From assembly GCA_963700985.1 (NCBI GenBank), contig OY969554.1, positions 896,001 through 960,000 on the forward strand: DNA of 64,000 nucleotides, read 5' to 3'. Shown here one piece after another: positions 19,609-29,296 of the stretch (position 1 is the first letter of the stretch; the number at the start of each line of letters is the position of its first letter). This DNA comes from an uncultured Chlamydiales bacterium. Lineage in GTDB: Bacteria; Chlamydiota; Chlamydiia; Chlamydiales; Rhabdochlamydiaceae. A program made the translations under genes and the position numbers. Under the pieces are notes generated by a model. It worked only from the letters and a program-made list of their open reading frames with translations, searched no databases and had not been told where the DNA came from.

Positions 19609-22140
19609 ATGATCCTACTCTCTTTATTAATTATTTCGACTGCCACACCTTCCATTCCGGAATCTTCTTATTCTATTCCACCTTTAGCAATCGTCACTTC
19701 TAAGGCGAATGAGAGCTTAGAGCCTGTTCTGCATGCGATTTTCGATGCGCCTTTATATCTTGGGGCAGGAGCTCTTTTTGGAACGGCAAGCCTTGCAACC
19801 GGCATCGGTTGGGGCATTTGTCAGCTCTCTCCTTGGGCTTCAACAATTGGCAATGAATGTTTTATCTCCAGTCGAATCTTCGGCATAGCTGCTCTTCATT
19901 CCTTTGCCCAAGTTGCCAAAGTCTCTCCCTTTGTTTCTTTCTTTTTAAAAAAAACACCTGATTCGCATTCTGCCTGGCAACAGAACAAAAAAATGCTCTC
20001 TCAAATCCCTGCCTTCTCAGAGGAAGACAAAGAGCTTCTAAATTTCTTACAGAAACGCTGGCTTGCAAAAATGACCGGAAGCTACCCCTTTCTGGTGAAT
20101 TGGATGTGTCCATCCTTTGGAATCTCCTATCAAGTTCATCCTGAATCGACGAATTCTTATGGTAGAGATCCCTCGAATAAATTCTCAGATACGTACAAGA
20201 ATAGAATCGAAGCGTGGAAACAGCTCCTTCCCCATCCGAAACAGTTCCCCCTAATCTTGACCCGACCTACGAATATTCGCGAATACTTGCCCTCATATTT
20301 TGAGATTTTACCAGAGGAAAAGATCCAGAAATCGGTCGAAAGATTAGCGCATTCATTAAATAACGCTCGCGCTCCGGTAATTGTCGATTTAACTGCTATC
20401 CTTCCAAGCCAAACGTTAGATCGAAAAGAATGGCTCAATGTTTGGCAATCTTATGAGAATCCGTTTTTACAATGCTGCAAAGAGTTTAAATTAGACCCCA
20501 ACCAAATCTTATGCATCCAACGCACGCAGCAAAAAGATATCGGAGGCCTTCGTATTCTACCTTTTGCTTCCGCTACTAAAGAAAATATCGAGAATCACCA
20601 CCACTTTCTATTGGAATGGATCTCTAGATTTGGGCTGTCGGCTAATCGCGTAGAATTAGATCGCCCGCGTTTTTCATCCGATAGCTCTCTCGTAGATCAG
20701 CACTCTCTGGCTATAGCGCCAAACGAATTCGAATCCAAAGAGGAGTGGATCGCCTTTTTAAGCTCTATAAATGCAGCTTGGAAGTCACCTCATCCACAAA
20801 AAAATCTAATGGTGAAAGGCACGCTGAAAATCCTCCAAAGTCTAGCGGAAAACGTCTCTCATGCCAAATGGGAAGAGATCAAAAGTTCCAACACGCGCTT
20901 TTCTGCCGTACAGGTCTGTTTTAAGAAGATAAAAGAGCAGCTTCAGCTTCTCATGCAAGAAGAGCAAAAGATCTCGTTTCAAGATACAGCATCTCATATT
21001 GAGCTAATTCTAGCTGATCACGCCTCTCTTCTTGAAATTTTCACCCCCTTTACGAAAGTTGATTTCCTCGAGGCTTTCCAAGAGCATCTCGCTTCCATTC
21101 CCCAGTCGCTCAAGCCCTTAACAGGATATGGAATCCACGCCTCAGCTATGACGAGCTTTGCCGGCATCTTTAAAGCTATGGAAAAAACCCTAGGAAGAGC
21201 GCCAAGGGTAATTTATGGAGAAAATGCCTATTTCGAATGCATTTCTGCCGCCGAACGTATTTCAAAGGCAACCTCGATTGCCGATGCGACCGAACAAGAC
21301 TGGCAACAAGTCGACCTCATCCTTGCCCAATTCAACCCCACCGTAAAAAGAATCAGTTTTAAGCTCACTGAATATCAAGCTACGGAGTATCACACCGAAA
21401 AGATAGCAGATATGTTGCGTAAAGCTTTAAAGGGAAGAGAGGGCCGTCCGCTATCGATCGCCATTGATAGCACACTCGATTACAGCGATTCCCCCAGAGT
21501 CAGCAAATTGCTCGTGCAGTTTCAGCCCGAAATCGAAAAGGGCCAGCTCAACGTGATCAGTTACCGCAGTGGCCTCAAATTCGATCTCTTTGGCATGGAC
21601 AATTATTGCGGAGCGCCCTTCTTCTTGGTGCATAATCGCGATCAAAAATGGTCTCATTTTGACGCTCTTCTAACTGATCCTGCGCTTTGCACAGATCGCT
21701 TAAGCATGAACTGGTTTTGCCTTGCCTATAAGCATGCAGCTCCCTATTTAGAATCCTATAGAAAGCAGATTTTTGATAACACGCGCGCCGTGTTAAATAA
21801 GGCTCCCAAAAAACTTTTCAATGAACAAAACGCTAACTATCGCGTGATCCCGGTCGATGCCGATGCCGATCCCACTTTTATTGATATTAAGATTTTCGGC
21901 CCGCTTCATGCAATTCGAGGAGAACTCCTGGTGGGTGTATTCCTCACCATTAAATGCATGGAAGCAGGCTACCCACTCCTCTTTCGGCCAGGCATAGGAT
22001 TCTACCATCCCAATCTTGCTGTGCTTTATGGCACCGATTGCACTACTGTCCGCCTGACGGTGGGGCTAGATCCGGCTCAAATCGACGTTATTGTCGGATG
22101 CCTTGAAAAGATCGATGCCTGTAACGGCTCAGTAGATTAA
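19609..22140 (+). CDS. Large hypothetical protein with a C-terminal PLP-dependent-like domain; paralog B
   Basis: Collinear with 15224..17836 (FGLSANRVELDRP, YRSGLKFDLFGMDNYCGAPF, YRKQIFDNTRA, IGFYHPN shared). Confidence 0.65.
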   Translation: MILLSLLIISTATPSIPESSYSIPPLAIVTSKANESLEPVLHAIFDAPLYLGAGALFGTASLATGIGWGICQLSPWASTIGNECFISSRIFGIAALHSFAQVAKVSPFVSFFLKKTPDSHSAWQQNKKMLSQIPAFSEEDKELLNFLQKRWLAKMTGSYPFLVNWMCPSFGISYQVHPESTNSYGRDPSNKFSDTYKNRIEAWKQLLPHPKQFPLILTRPTNIREYLPSYFEILPEEKIQKSVERLAHSLNNARAPVIVDLTAILPSQTLDRKEWLNVWQSYENPFLQCCKEFKLDPNQILCIQRTQQKDIGGLRILPFASATKENIENHHHFLLEWISRFGLSANRVELDRPRFSSDSSLVDQHSLAIAPNEFESKEEWIAFLSSINAAWKSPHPQKNLMVKGTLKILQSLAENVSHAKWEEIKSSNTRFSAVQVCFKKIKEQLQLLMQEEQKISFQDTASHIELILADHASLLEIFTPFTKVDFLEAFQEHLASIPQSLKPLTGYGIHASAMTSFAGIFKAMEKTLGRAPRVIYGENAYFECISAAERISKATSIADATEQDWQQVDLILAQFNPTVKRISFKLTEYQATEYHTEKIADMLRKALKGREGRPLSIAIDSTLDYSDSPRVSKLLVQFQPEIEKGQLNVISYRSGLKFDLFGMDNYCGAPFFLVHNRDQKWSHFDALLTDPALCTDRLSMNWFCLAYKHAAPYLESYRKQIFDNTRAVLNKAPKKLFNEQNANYRVIPVDADADPTFIDIKIFGPLHAIRGELLVGVFLTIKCMEAGYPLLFRPGIGFYHPNLAVLYGTDCTTVRLTVGLDPAQIDVIVGCLEKIDACNGSVD

Positions 22141-22589
22141 GAGCCGTTTGCCAGAAACACACGAAGCGTTTCGATGCGACCGCGATTAGCATCAGAATCA
22201 GAGTATCCTACGCGAGCAGCAGCACGGACTAGAACCACACCTTTCTTGCGATTAAGTGCAAATTCCAAGTCGTTTTTCAAGTGCAAAACCGAACTTGTAA
22301 CTACAATATGTAGATAATCAGGTGTTTTTTGGATGACTTGCGCATTGTAATGTTGTTCGAGAAAGGCTTGAATCCGATCTAAAGTGTCCTTAGAAGAAAA
22401 AGGCAGCGGCTCTATGTAATTTATTTTCTCATCATGACAACAGCAGACACAATTGGGCTTCTTTGGGCAGGGATGTAAACGGCCATCAACCAGCCCAGTG
22501 GTTTTAGGCATACTCATATTCTTCCAGGTGAAAAAACCAACTAAAACTCCAAGTCCAATCACCATCGCTGTTAACCAACGCATAACCAC
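22137..22589 (-). CDS. DUF1499 family protein
   Basis: N-terminal TM; GRLHPCPKKPNCV, DLEF, ARVGYSDxxANRxRIE. Confidence 0.8.
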   Translation of the reverse strand: MVMRWLTAMVIGLGVLVGFFTWKNMSMPKTTGLVDGRLHPCPKKPNCVCCCHDEKINYIEPLPFSSKDTLDRIQAFLEQHYNAQVIQKTPDYLHIVVTSSVLHLKNDLEFALNRKKGVVLVRAAARVGYSDSDANRGRIETLRVFLANGS

Positions 22590-22679
22590 CTCTTATGTTT
22601 TAAGCCTTTGCTAATAAACAAATTCTCTCAAATGACAGCATCTTGTCCAAACAAATTTCACATGAACTACAGAAAAAAT

Positions 22680-24488
22680 TTACTCCTTGGAGAAGGCGCC
22701 AAATTTGGGCTGGACCAATGTGGCTAAATCGCTGCCTTTCATGATGATTGATTCTGTTTGCAATCCACAATTGAAGGCGACTTTGTTTAAGTTTTTGATT
22801 TTTTCATCGAAAAATGTCTCCAAGTTCAGAAGAGATCCAAAGGGAGGAACTCCACCAATCTGCAGACCAAATCGTTCTAAAATAATGGCAGGATCTTCGA
22901 ATTCACACTTTTCCCCAACAAGTTCAGCAACAGACTTCATATCGAGTTTTAAGTGAGAAGGAAGATTAAACTGGTAGTTTTTCTTGGTGTTCTTTCCTTT
23001 TAAGATAAGCGCTTTTATACCTTCTTCGAGCTGAGTATTGCGCACCCTTGCAGAATCTTCAGAAGTTGGAGTCGCCTCATGCACCAGATGTTTAAATTCC
23101 ATAGATTGATCGCGCAGAAGTCGAACAATCTCATTCCGAATATTTTCGCTGCCGAAGAAGATTTTGGCCTTGATACGATTGCCTGCAATCCGCTTTGTAT
23201 CAGACGGGAACAGCGAAGCTTCTCGAATATTTTTCAAACGAAGCATGGTCATGGTCAGCCGCTCCAGCCCCATCCCAAATCCTCCATGCGGAGGCATCCC
23301 ATATTTGAAAATGCTTAAGTAATCAGGGAAGCTTTCAGGTGTCATCTCTTTTAAGCGAATTCCTTCCACCATCGATTCATATGTATGACGTCTTTGACCA
23401 CCTGAGGTAATCTCTGTGCCTGCACAGAGCAGATCGAAAGTATTGGTGAGCTGAGGGTCGCCCTCTTTTGGAAAAGAGTAAAATGGGCGTTTGCTAGTCT
23501 TCCAATCCGTTACAAACATAAAGTCTGTCCCAAATTTTTCTCGGGCATAGGCGCAGAGTTCTCTTTCAGCTGCAGGGCTTAAATCAGGCTCATGACGCTC
23601 ATCTATGCCCGTGCGCTGAAAGTAGAGCTCTTGGGCCTCAGCAAACGTCAATCGTGGGAAAGGAACATGTTCAGGGGCTGATACAATTTGATGATTCAAA
23701 ACAGCCAGCTCTGAGGCGCAATTCGCATGAAGGAATTTAAGTATGAACTTAATGCAGCCTTCTTGAATGTCTAAAATTTCATGCCAAGATTCAAAGAAAC
23801 CCATCTCAAATTCAAGCTGCTTTCCTTCTGCTAGATGCCGGGTTGTGTGAGATGGCTCAGCGCGAAAAAATGGCATGAGCGCAAAAACACGTTCATTGAC
23901 ACCCACCATGATCTGTTTATAAAGCTGGCTACTTTGAGCGAGGGTGGCAGTATATCCGAAGTAATCGACATTAAAAAACTCAGCTCCCCCTTCCGAAGAT
24001 GCCCCAATGATATTCGGAGCAAAGTATTCAACCGCCTGAACCTGATCATGCATATAAAGCCTATACGCATGCACGATCTCAGCTTGAATCTTAAATATGG
24101 CTTGCAACTGGCGATTTCTCAGTGCAATCGCGCGATGATCTAAAATGAACTCAAGATCGGAGGAGATTTCAGGTTTGTAATACTCGATTTGCGGAACTTC
24201 CTGAATGGCAACTTCCACGGTAATTTTAGGCTCAATGATTTCTGTGCCCAATCCCGCCTGAGCCGACTGAACCGCTTTTCCTATCACTTTCAGCACGGAA
24301 CCCGGCTGTAAATTAGCAATTTTTCGAAACTCCTCTTTATCTTCGATCACAATCTGCGCAAAGCCTTTTAAGTCTCGTAAGATTAAGAAGTTGACCTTTC
24401 CGAGAGAACGCACGGCATTCAGCCACCCTCTTAAATAGACCTGCGTTCCGTGATGGTTGGTAAGCTCAGATGAAAAAATGCGTTTCAT
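22680..24488 (-). CDS. aspS: Archaeal/eukaryote-type aspartate-tRNA ligase fused to a C-terminal YbaK/ProX-family editing domain
   Basis: OB fold, SEGGAEFF, LAQSSQLYKQ, FRAE, EITSGGQR, GMPPHGGFGMGLER, no bacterial GAD insert. Last ~150 aa carry GIKALI and GGVPPFG. Confidence 0.85.
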   Translation of the reverse strand: MKRIFSSELTNHHGTQVYLRGWLNAVRSLGKVNFLILRDLKGFAQIVIEDKEEFRKIANLQPGSVLKVIGKAVQSAQAGLGTEIIEPKITVEVAIQEVPQIEYYKPEISSDLEFILDHRAIALRNRQLQAIFKIQAEIVHAYRLYMHDQVQAVEYFAPNIIGASSEGGAEFFNVDYFGYTATLAQSSQLYKQIMVGVNERVFALMPFFRAEPSHTTRHLAEGKQLEFEMGFFESWHEILDIQEGCIKFILKFLHANCASELAVLNHQIVSAPEHVPFPRLTFAEAQELYFQRTGIDERHEPDLSPAAERELCAYAREKFGTDFMFVTDWKTSKRPFYSFPKEGDPQLTNTFDLLCAGTEITSGGQRRHTYESMVEGIRLKEMTPESFPDYLSIFKYGMPPHGGFGMGLERLTMTMLRLKNIREASLFPSDTKRIAGNRIKAKIFFGSENIRNEIVRLLRDQSMEFKHLVHEATPTSEDSARVRNTQLEEGIKALILKGKNTKKNYQFNLPSHLKLDMKSVAELVGEKCEFEDPAIILERFGLQIGGVPPFGSLLNLETFFDEKIKNLNKVAFNCGLQTESIIMKGSDLATLVQPKFGAFSKE

Positions 24489-24803
24489 GCCTCTTTTGCC
24501 TCTCTATCCTTAGTTAAATTGGCAAAATTATAGCAGAGCTTTTGCAAATCACCCAAATATTTAAGTAGTTTTCTTTTTTGGAGTGCGTACGACAAAGCCT
24601 TGGTAAGTTCTTTATTCTGGAAAGACCCCATTTACGCATTGTTAAATGAATCATCAAACACTATACTTTCTTACATGAAAAGCAGTGATCATAGCCCTCT
24701 TCTAGTTTTGTCATTTTCTCATCTATCTCACTTCTATTGGGCGTAAGCCCTGACATATCATTTATTTTTACTAACAATTTTAAATTTTTTACTTGGTATT
24801 TCT

Positions 24804-25154
24804 ATGTCTACGATAATTCGAGATCGTTCACAAAGTGACGACAGACACGCGATTAGAGATCCTTTTGGACCTGATGCACGTGATATGAGCGTTTTTACAA
24901 ATACGCTCATGAGAGAAAGAATCCCGCAGCTCTTTCAGACAGCTGCAGGGTTTGCAGGGCACGCTCAACAATTACAGCAAGAATTGAATCGGCTGGCTAA
25001 TGTAGAGGGTCGCTCTGGAGCAGAGATTGAGCGTGCAGTTAGCGCTTCAAAATGCCTAAAAGCAGCTCTACTAAAATCAAAAGACGGGGCGGTAGAAAAT
25101 GGCTTCCCATTTGGCGTTCATTGGCACGATCACAATTCATTTTCGGCTGCTTAA
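24804..25154 (+). CDS. Hypothetical protein
   Basis: 116-aa ORF after an AT-rich intergenic region, with its own terminator. Confidence 0.6.
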   Translation: MSTIIRDRSQSDDRHAIRDPFGPDARDMSVFTNTLMRERIPQLFQTAAGFAGHAQQLQQELNRLANVEGRSGAEIERAVSASKCLKAALLKSKDGAVENGFPFGVHWHDHNSFSAA

Positions 25155-25180
25155 CGATGTCGTAAAGCTCTAAAACAATC

Positions 25181-25210
25181 AGAGGGTGGAAACTTCCACC
25201 CTCTTTTTTT
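25181..25210 (+). terminator. Intrinsic terminator
   Basis: AGAGGGTGGA-AACT-TCCACCCTCT followed by a T-run. Confidence 0.8.
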
Positions 25211-25285
25211 ATATTTGTAATTTTTGATTAGGGAAAATCAAAGATTACGGAATTTACAAAAGCTCTCAACAAACTCGACGTCTAA

Positions 25286-26623
25286 TCAATTGAACAGCTC
25301 AGCTACTTGAATGACTGTATCAAATCCGTTTGGAGTCATTATCCATGCAATATACCCTCTTCCTGGTGCAGAGAAATTGTAGGTATATCCAAAACATGAC
25401 TCCCCTTGAAACGAAAGACGCTGAGAATCAGACCAGCTCCGAGTTGCTGTTGAAAAGGAAACTCCGAAAATCACACCACGCCCTTTCTTTGCTTGTTGCC
25501 AGATCATGACAAAATTTCCTTTTCCATCAGGCTTCAAGTCAGGCCACACGCATTCAGCATCACCTGAAGAAAATAGAATTGGGCTTTCCCAAGGCTGATC
25601 AGCTGCTTTATAAATAGTTTTTATAGCTTCAAATCTGTTGATAGTTACTTGGCTTGCTATCATTACATTGGCAGAACTATCTATAGCAATGTCAAATTCC
25701 GATAAGTCATCATCATCATCTGCAAAAATAAGAGTTGGGGACCAAGAGTTTTCGGTTTTAACTATAGCACTCGCTCTGTCATCTCTATCAACATAAGCAA
25801 TCGCAAGGTCCCCTTTTTCATTAATATCGGCTTTTATATCACTAACTCTTTCATTCAATGAGCAAACGAACTCAGGTTTTGAAATAAAATTTCCATTTAC
25901 GATTTTTTGGCACATTAATGATTTATTATCTGATTTATAATCAGCCCAAATAACATATCCTACGCCATTTTTATTTATGGCAATTCTGATTTGGGAAACA
26001 CTAAGACTATTTTCTAAAGGCAGGATATTAGATTTCAGGTCGATTTCGCCTGGGGCTTTTGAAAAAAGTGCGAGAGCAGAAAATATTGTTTTATAGTTAT
26101 ATACATCCGTTGGTTTCAGTGTACAGGGTACAGTTGCTTCGCCGATAAAAATTAAATTTCCGACGGAATCACATGCCTCATCTGAAGTAAAGAACTCTTC
26201 ATCAGGCGGAGCCCAGGTAAAACGAAAATCCCACGATTTTTCTTTTGCTTTTTCGGCAAAATGCAATCTAGATAACATGGCTTTTGGCTCCTTCTCTTCT
26301 TCTATCTCTGTTTCCCACTTAGCAAACAGATCGCCTTCTGCATTGATAAAACAACAATGACTATCAAGGTCTTTTTCCCAGCTTGTTAGATGTTCTGGTG
26401 AAGACCAGAAAGAGTTTGGTGTTTTATGCGAGACCTCGAGCCTATCATCTTTTCCTTCTCTTGAACGCCAACTTAAAACGGCAGCCCCATTTTCATTAGT
26501 AGAAATAACAGGATCGTAAGCGATCACACTTGGATCAGACAATGTCACAGGATCAGAGCAGCTCAGGGCCCAAACTTGCGCACAGGACATCATTATCAAA
26601 CCGATCAACATTCTCTTAAACAT
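25286..26623 (-). CDS. Secreted hypothetical protein, probable beta-propeller
   Basis: GGAGG Shine-Dalgarno, signal peptide ending VWA, recurring WSxP and NxxG..W blade-like motifs. Confidence 0.65.
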   Translation of the reverse strand: MFKRMLIGLIMMSCAQVWALSCSDPVTLSDPSVIAYDPVISTNENGAAVLSWRSREGKDDRLEVSHKTPNSFWSSPEHLTSWEKDLDSHCCFINAEGDLFAKWETEIEEEKEPKAMLSRLHFAEKAKEKSWDFRFTWAPPDEEFFTSDEACDSVGNLIFIGEATVPCTLKPTDVYNYKTIFSALALFSKAPGEIDLKSNILPLENSLSVSQIRIAINKNGVGYVIWADYKSDNKSLMCQKIVNGNFISKPEFVCSLNERVSDIKADINEKGDLAIAYVDRDDRASAIVKTENSWSPTLIFADDDDDLSEFDIAIDSSANVMIASQVTINRFEAIKTIYKAADQPWESPILFSSGDAECVWPDLKPDGKGNFVMIWQQAKKGRGVIFGVSFSTATRSWSDSQRLSFQGESCFGYTYNFSAPGRGYIAWIMTPNGFDTVIQVAELFN

Positions 26624-26793
26624 GGGTTCCTCCATCTAATAAAAGAACCAACATAGCACAAAAAGTCAATTTCGGGTGAAACCCCTACACTCGTATTAAT
26701 TCAGTTGGATGCTTTCAGAAGTTTTGATTGGGAAAAATCAAAAACGGATCTATCCTATTTTTTAGATATCAAATCAAAACCAGAGAGATTGCT

Positions 26794-27225
26794 ATGACGC
26801 TGATCGAAAAAATCAATCTTGGGATTAAAGAAGCAATGCGGAGTCGAGACCAGATTAGGCTCAACACCCTGCGCATGCTTAAATCCAAAATATTAGCCGT
26901 TGATGCCAGAGCCACTCTCCCCGACTCAGAAGTTTTAAAACTATTCAAAACTTACTATAGCAACCTCCAAGAAGCCCGCGATCAATCTGCCGGCCGGCCC
27001 GAGATGGTGGAACAATTAGAAAAGGAAATAGAGATCGTTCAGGAGTTTCTACCTAAAGCCCTCTCCGCAGAAGAAACCCAAAAAATCGTCGTTCAAGCCA
27101 TTGCCGATTCTGGAGCTAAGACGAAGAAGGATCTAGGACTCGTGATGAAGGGCATCATGAAAATCAACAATACGGTGGACGGAAAGTTAGCCAAAGAACT
27201 GGCCGAAAAGCTGCTGAATGATTAA
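26794..27225 (+). CDS. GatB/YqeY domain protein
   Basis: IKEAMRSRDQIRLNTLRMLKS, EFLPKALS, KDLGLVM, VDGK. Confidence 0.85.
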   Translation: MTLIEKINLGIKEAMRSRDQIRLNTLRMLKSKILAVDARATLPDSEVLKLFKTYYSNLQEARDQSAGRPEMVEQLEKEIEIVQEFLPKALSAEETQKIVVQAIADSGAKTKKDLGLVMKGIMKINNTVDGKLAKELAEKLLND

Positions 27226-27253
27226 AGCTAATAACTTCTTAATCTACTCAATC

Positions 27254-28222
27254 TTAATCTATCCAGTGGACAAAATCTTGCTCTAAAACATGACCAAACG
27301 CTTTCTGCATCTCGCCCATGAATTTTTTACAAATGGGATCATCGGCACAGAGATCTTCAAGAGAAACTTTCTGATCTAGTTGCTCTTGCACTTGAAAGTT
27401 TATTCGCTGAAATAACGAGCCCATAAAGATCGCTCTTTGAGCTTCGCGTTGAGGAGTTTGCAATCTACCAAATCTTTTCTTTTCCTCTTTTCGTGCTTCC
27501 TCATCTATCACAACAGTTTTACGCATGGCAACTAGTCCAAAATCCCCCAAATAAGCTCCCGTTACGCGTTTTGATGTCTGATCAATTTTTAGAAACACAT
27601 TTGCATCTTTGATATCTCCATGTTGTATCCAGTCACCCACTGGATCTTCTCCTTCTAGGGCTATCAACGCATACACAAGATCTTTAACAATGACTTTTAT
27701 GTCTTCTAACGAGCAACGATGAAGATGTTTTGAAAGATCTGTATCATATAGTTCTCCATAATAAAAGAACTGATGACTGATAGATCCATCAAACATCCAA
27801 AATTGACCGCTTGCATGATTATGGATTTGTGCGATTCCCCTTTTATTCTTAAGCGCTAACATCGCGTTAATCTCATCCCGTCCCACACATGCACAGGCAT
27901 ACGCTTTTCTGGTTCTCAGATGCCAGGCTTTATACACCGTTTTAGTCAACCCCACGCCTACTTCCGAATCTGTCATCTGTAAAATATCGCGATTTGGCCA
28001 AGCTATCACTGTGCCTTCTGGATGAAAGAACGTCTTTGAACGCTCAAATTTGCTGCCAATCTCCTCTTCTTTTTTAATTAGAGCGTCTATCTCTTTTGCT
28101 ATGTCCTCATGAGATGATGCTTTTGCCACCTTTTCCAAAGATGGAATTTCAGTACTTTGCTTAACCGAAACTATAGGCGCAGGAATCTGAATGCCTCTTT
28201 CTAGATCAACGATCATCGCCAT
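27254..28222 (-). CDS. Eukaryotic-like Ser/Thr protein kinase-domain protein (effector-like)
   Basis: GVGLTKTVYK Gly-loop, HGDIKDANV catalytic loop, GDFG. Confidence 0.75.
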   Translation of the reverse strand: MAMIVDLERGIQIPAPIVSVKQSTEIPSLEKVAKASSHEDIAKEIDALIKKEEEIGSKFERSKTFFHPEGTVIAWPNRDILQMTDSEVGVGLTKTVYKAWHLRTRKAYACACVGRDEINAMLALKNKRGIAQIHNHASGQFWMFDGSISHQFFYYGELYDTDLSKHLHRCSLEDIKVIVKDLVYALIALEGEDPVGDWIQHGDIKDANVFLKIDQTSKRVTGAYLGDFGLVAMRKTVVIDEEARKEEKKRFGRLQTPQREAQRAIFMGSLFQRINFQVQEQLDQKVSLEDLCADDPICKKFMGEMQKAFGHVLEQDFVHWID

Positions 28223-28341
28223 AAAAACCTCTATTTTTTATTTAAAGTTTTATTATTATAGATTATCAAAAATTAAATATCAATCTTTTAAATAAAAAAT
28301 TAAAGTAATTATTATATCATATTAAGAGTAAAAATGGGAAA

Positions 28342-28363
28342 CTTGGGGCAGTAAAGCCCCAAG
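28342..28363 (-). terminator. Probable terminator of the SDR gene
   Basis: CTTGGGGC...GCCCCAAG stem followed by T-rich sequence on the minus strand. Confidence 0.5.
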
Positions 28364-28372
28364 CATGAGTAA

Positions 28373-29128
28373 TTAAGCGTTAGTGCCGCCATCAACAGTC
28401 AGATTCGCACCATGGATATAGGATGACTCAGGTCCAGCGATGAAAGCCACAAGAGCTGCAACTTCGTCTACAGTTCCATATCGACCAAGCGGAACGTTTG
28501 CTATCTGCCCCTTAGCCCAGTCACCTGAGGCGGGGTTGAGATCGGTATCGATCGGTCCTGGCTGAACGTTATTGACTGTAATACCGCGCCCCACTAGCTC
28601 GCGAGCCAGCCCTTGTGTAAACATTTTGATGGCTCCCTTTGTTGCTGAATAGGATGCCATGGCAGGAATCAACACATGATCTCCCACGCATGATCCGATC
28701 ATAATAATGCGTCCACCAGCTTTCATGTGTTTAAGCGCTGCCTGAGTGGCTACGAAGGTGCCACGCACGTTGATTGCGAAAACGCGATCAAACTCTTCGA
28801 GGGTTGTCTCCTCAACTGTTTTTGGAATAGCCGTGCCAGCATTGTTCACCAGGATGTCGAGCCGACCAAACGTAGCGACCGTTTTTTCAACAGCTTTCTT
28901 CACCGCATTCGCATCGGCTGCATCTGCCTGAATTGCTAGCGCCTTCCCTCCCGCTTTCTCAATCTCTTTGACCACTGAGGCTGCCGCATCTGCGCCTTTC
29001 GAGTATGTAATCGCGACACTTGCCCCTTCGCAGGCTAAACGCTTGGCAATAGCCGCGCCTATGCTCCGCGATGCGCCAGTAACGAGGGCGACTTTGCCCT
29101 TCAGGTTTCCTTCTTTATTGTTGCTCAT
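28373..29128 (-). CDS. Short-chain dehydrogenase/reductase (FabG/BdcA-like)
   Basis: TGASRSIG, NNAG, YSATK, QPGPIDTD. Confidence 0.9.
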   Translation of the reverse strand: MSNNKEGNLKGKVALVTGASRSIGAAIAKRLACEGASVAITYSKGADAAASVVKEIEKAGGKALAIQADAADANAVKKAVEKTVATFGRLDILVNNAGTAIPKTVEETTLEEFDRVFAINVRGTFVATQAALKHMKAGGRIIMIGSCVGDHVLIPAMASYSATKGAIKMFTQGLARELVGRGITVNNVQPGPIDTDLNPASGDWAKGQIANVPLGRYGTVDEVAALVAFIAGPESSYIHGANLTVDGGTNA

Positions 29129-29296
29129 ACTTTTTATCCTTGTCTGATTGGTTCAATTTTGAATCCCAGCGACATCCCGAGAAATTATTAGGGACTCTTG
29201 TTCGCATCCTACATCCCCACGCTTCAATTGATCAAGGAGAGGATTTTCCTTGATCCTATCGAGGAGCTCGCTCATAAATAAATATTTATTGGATGA

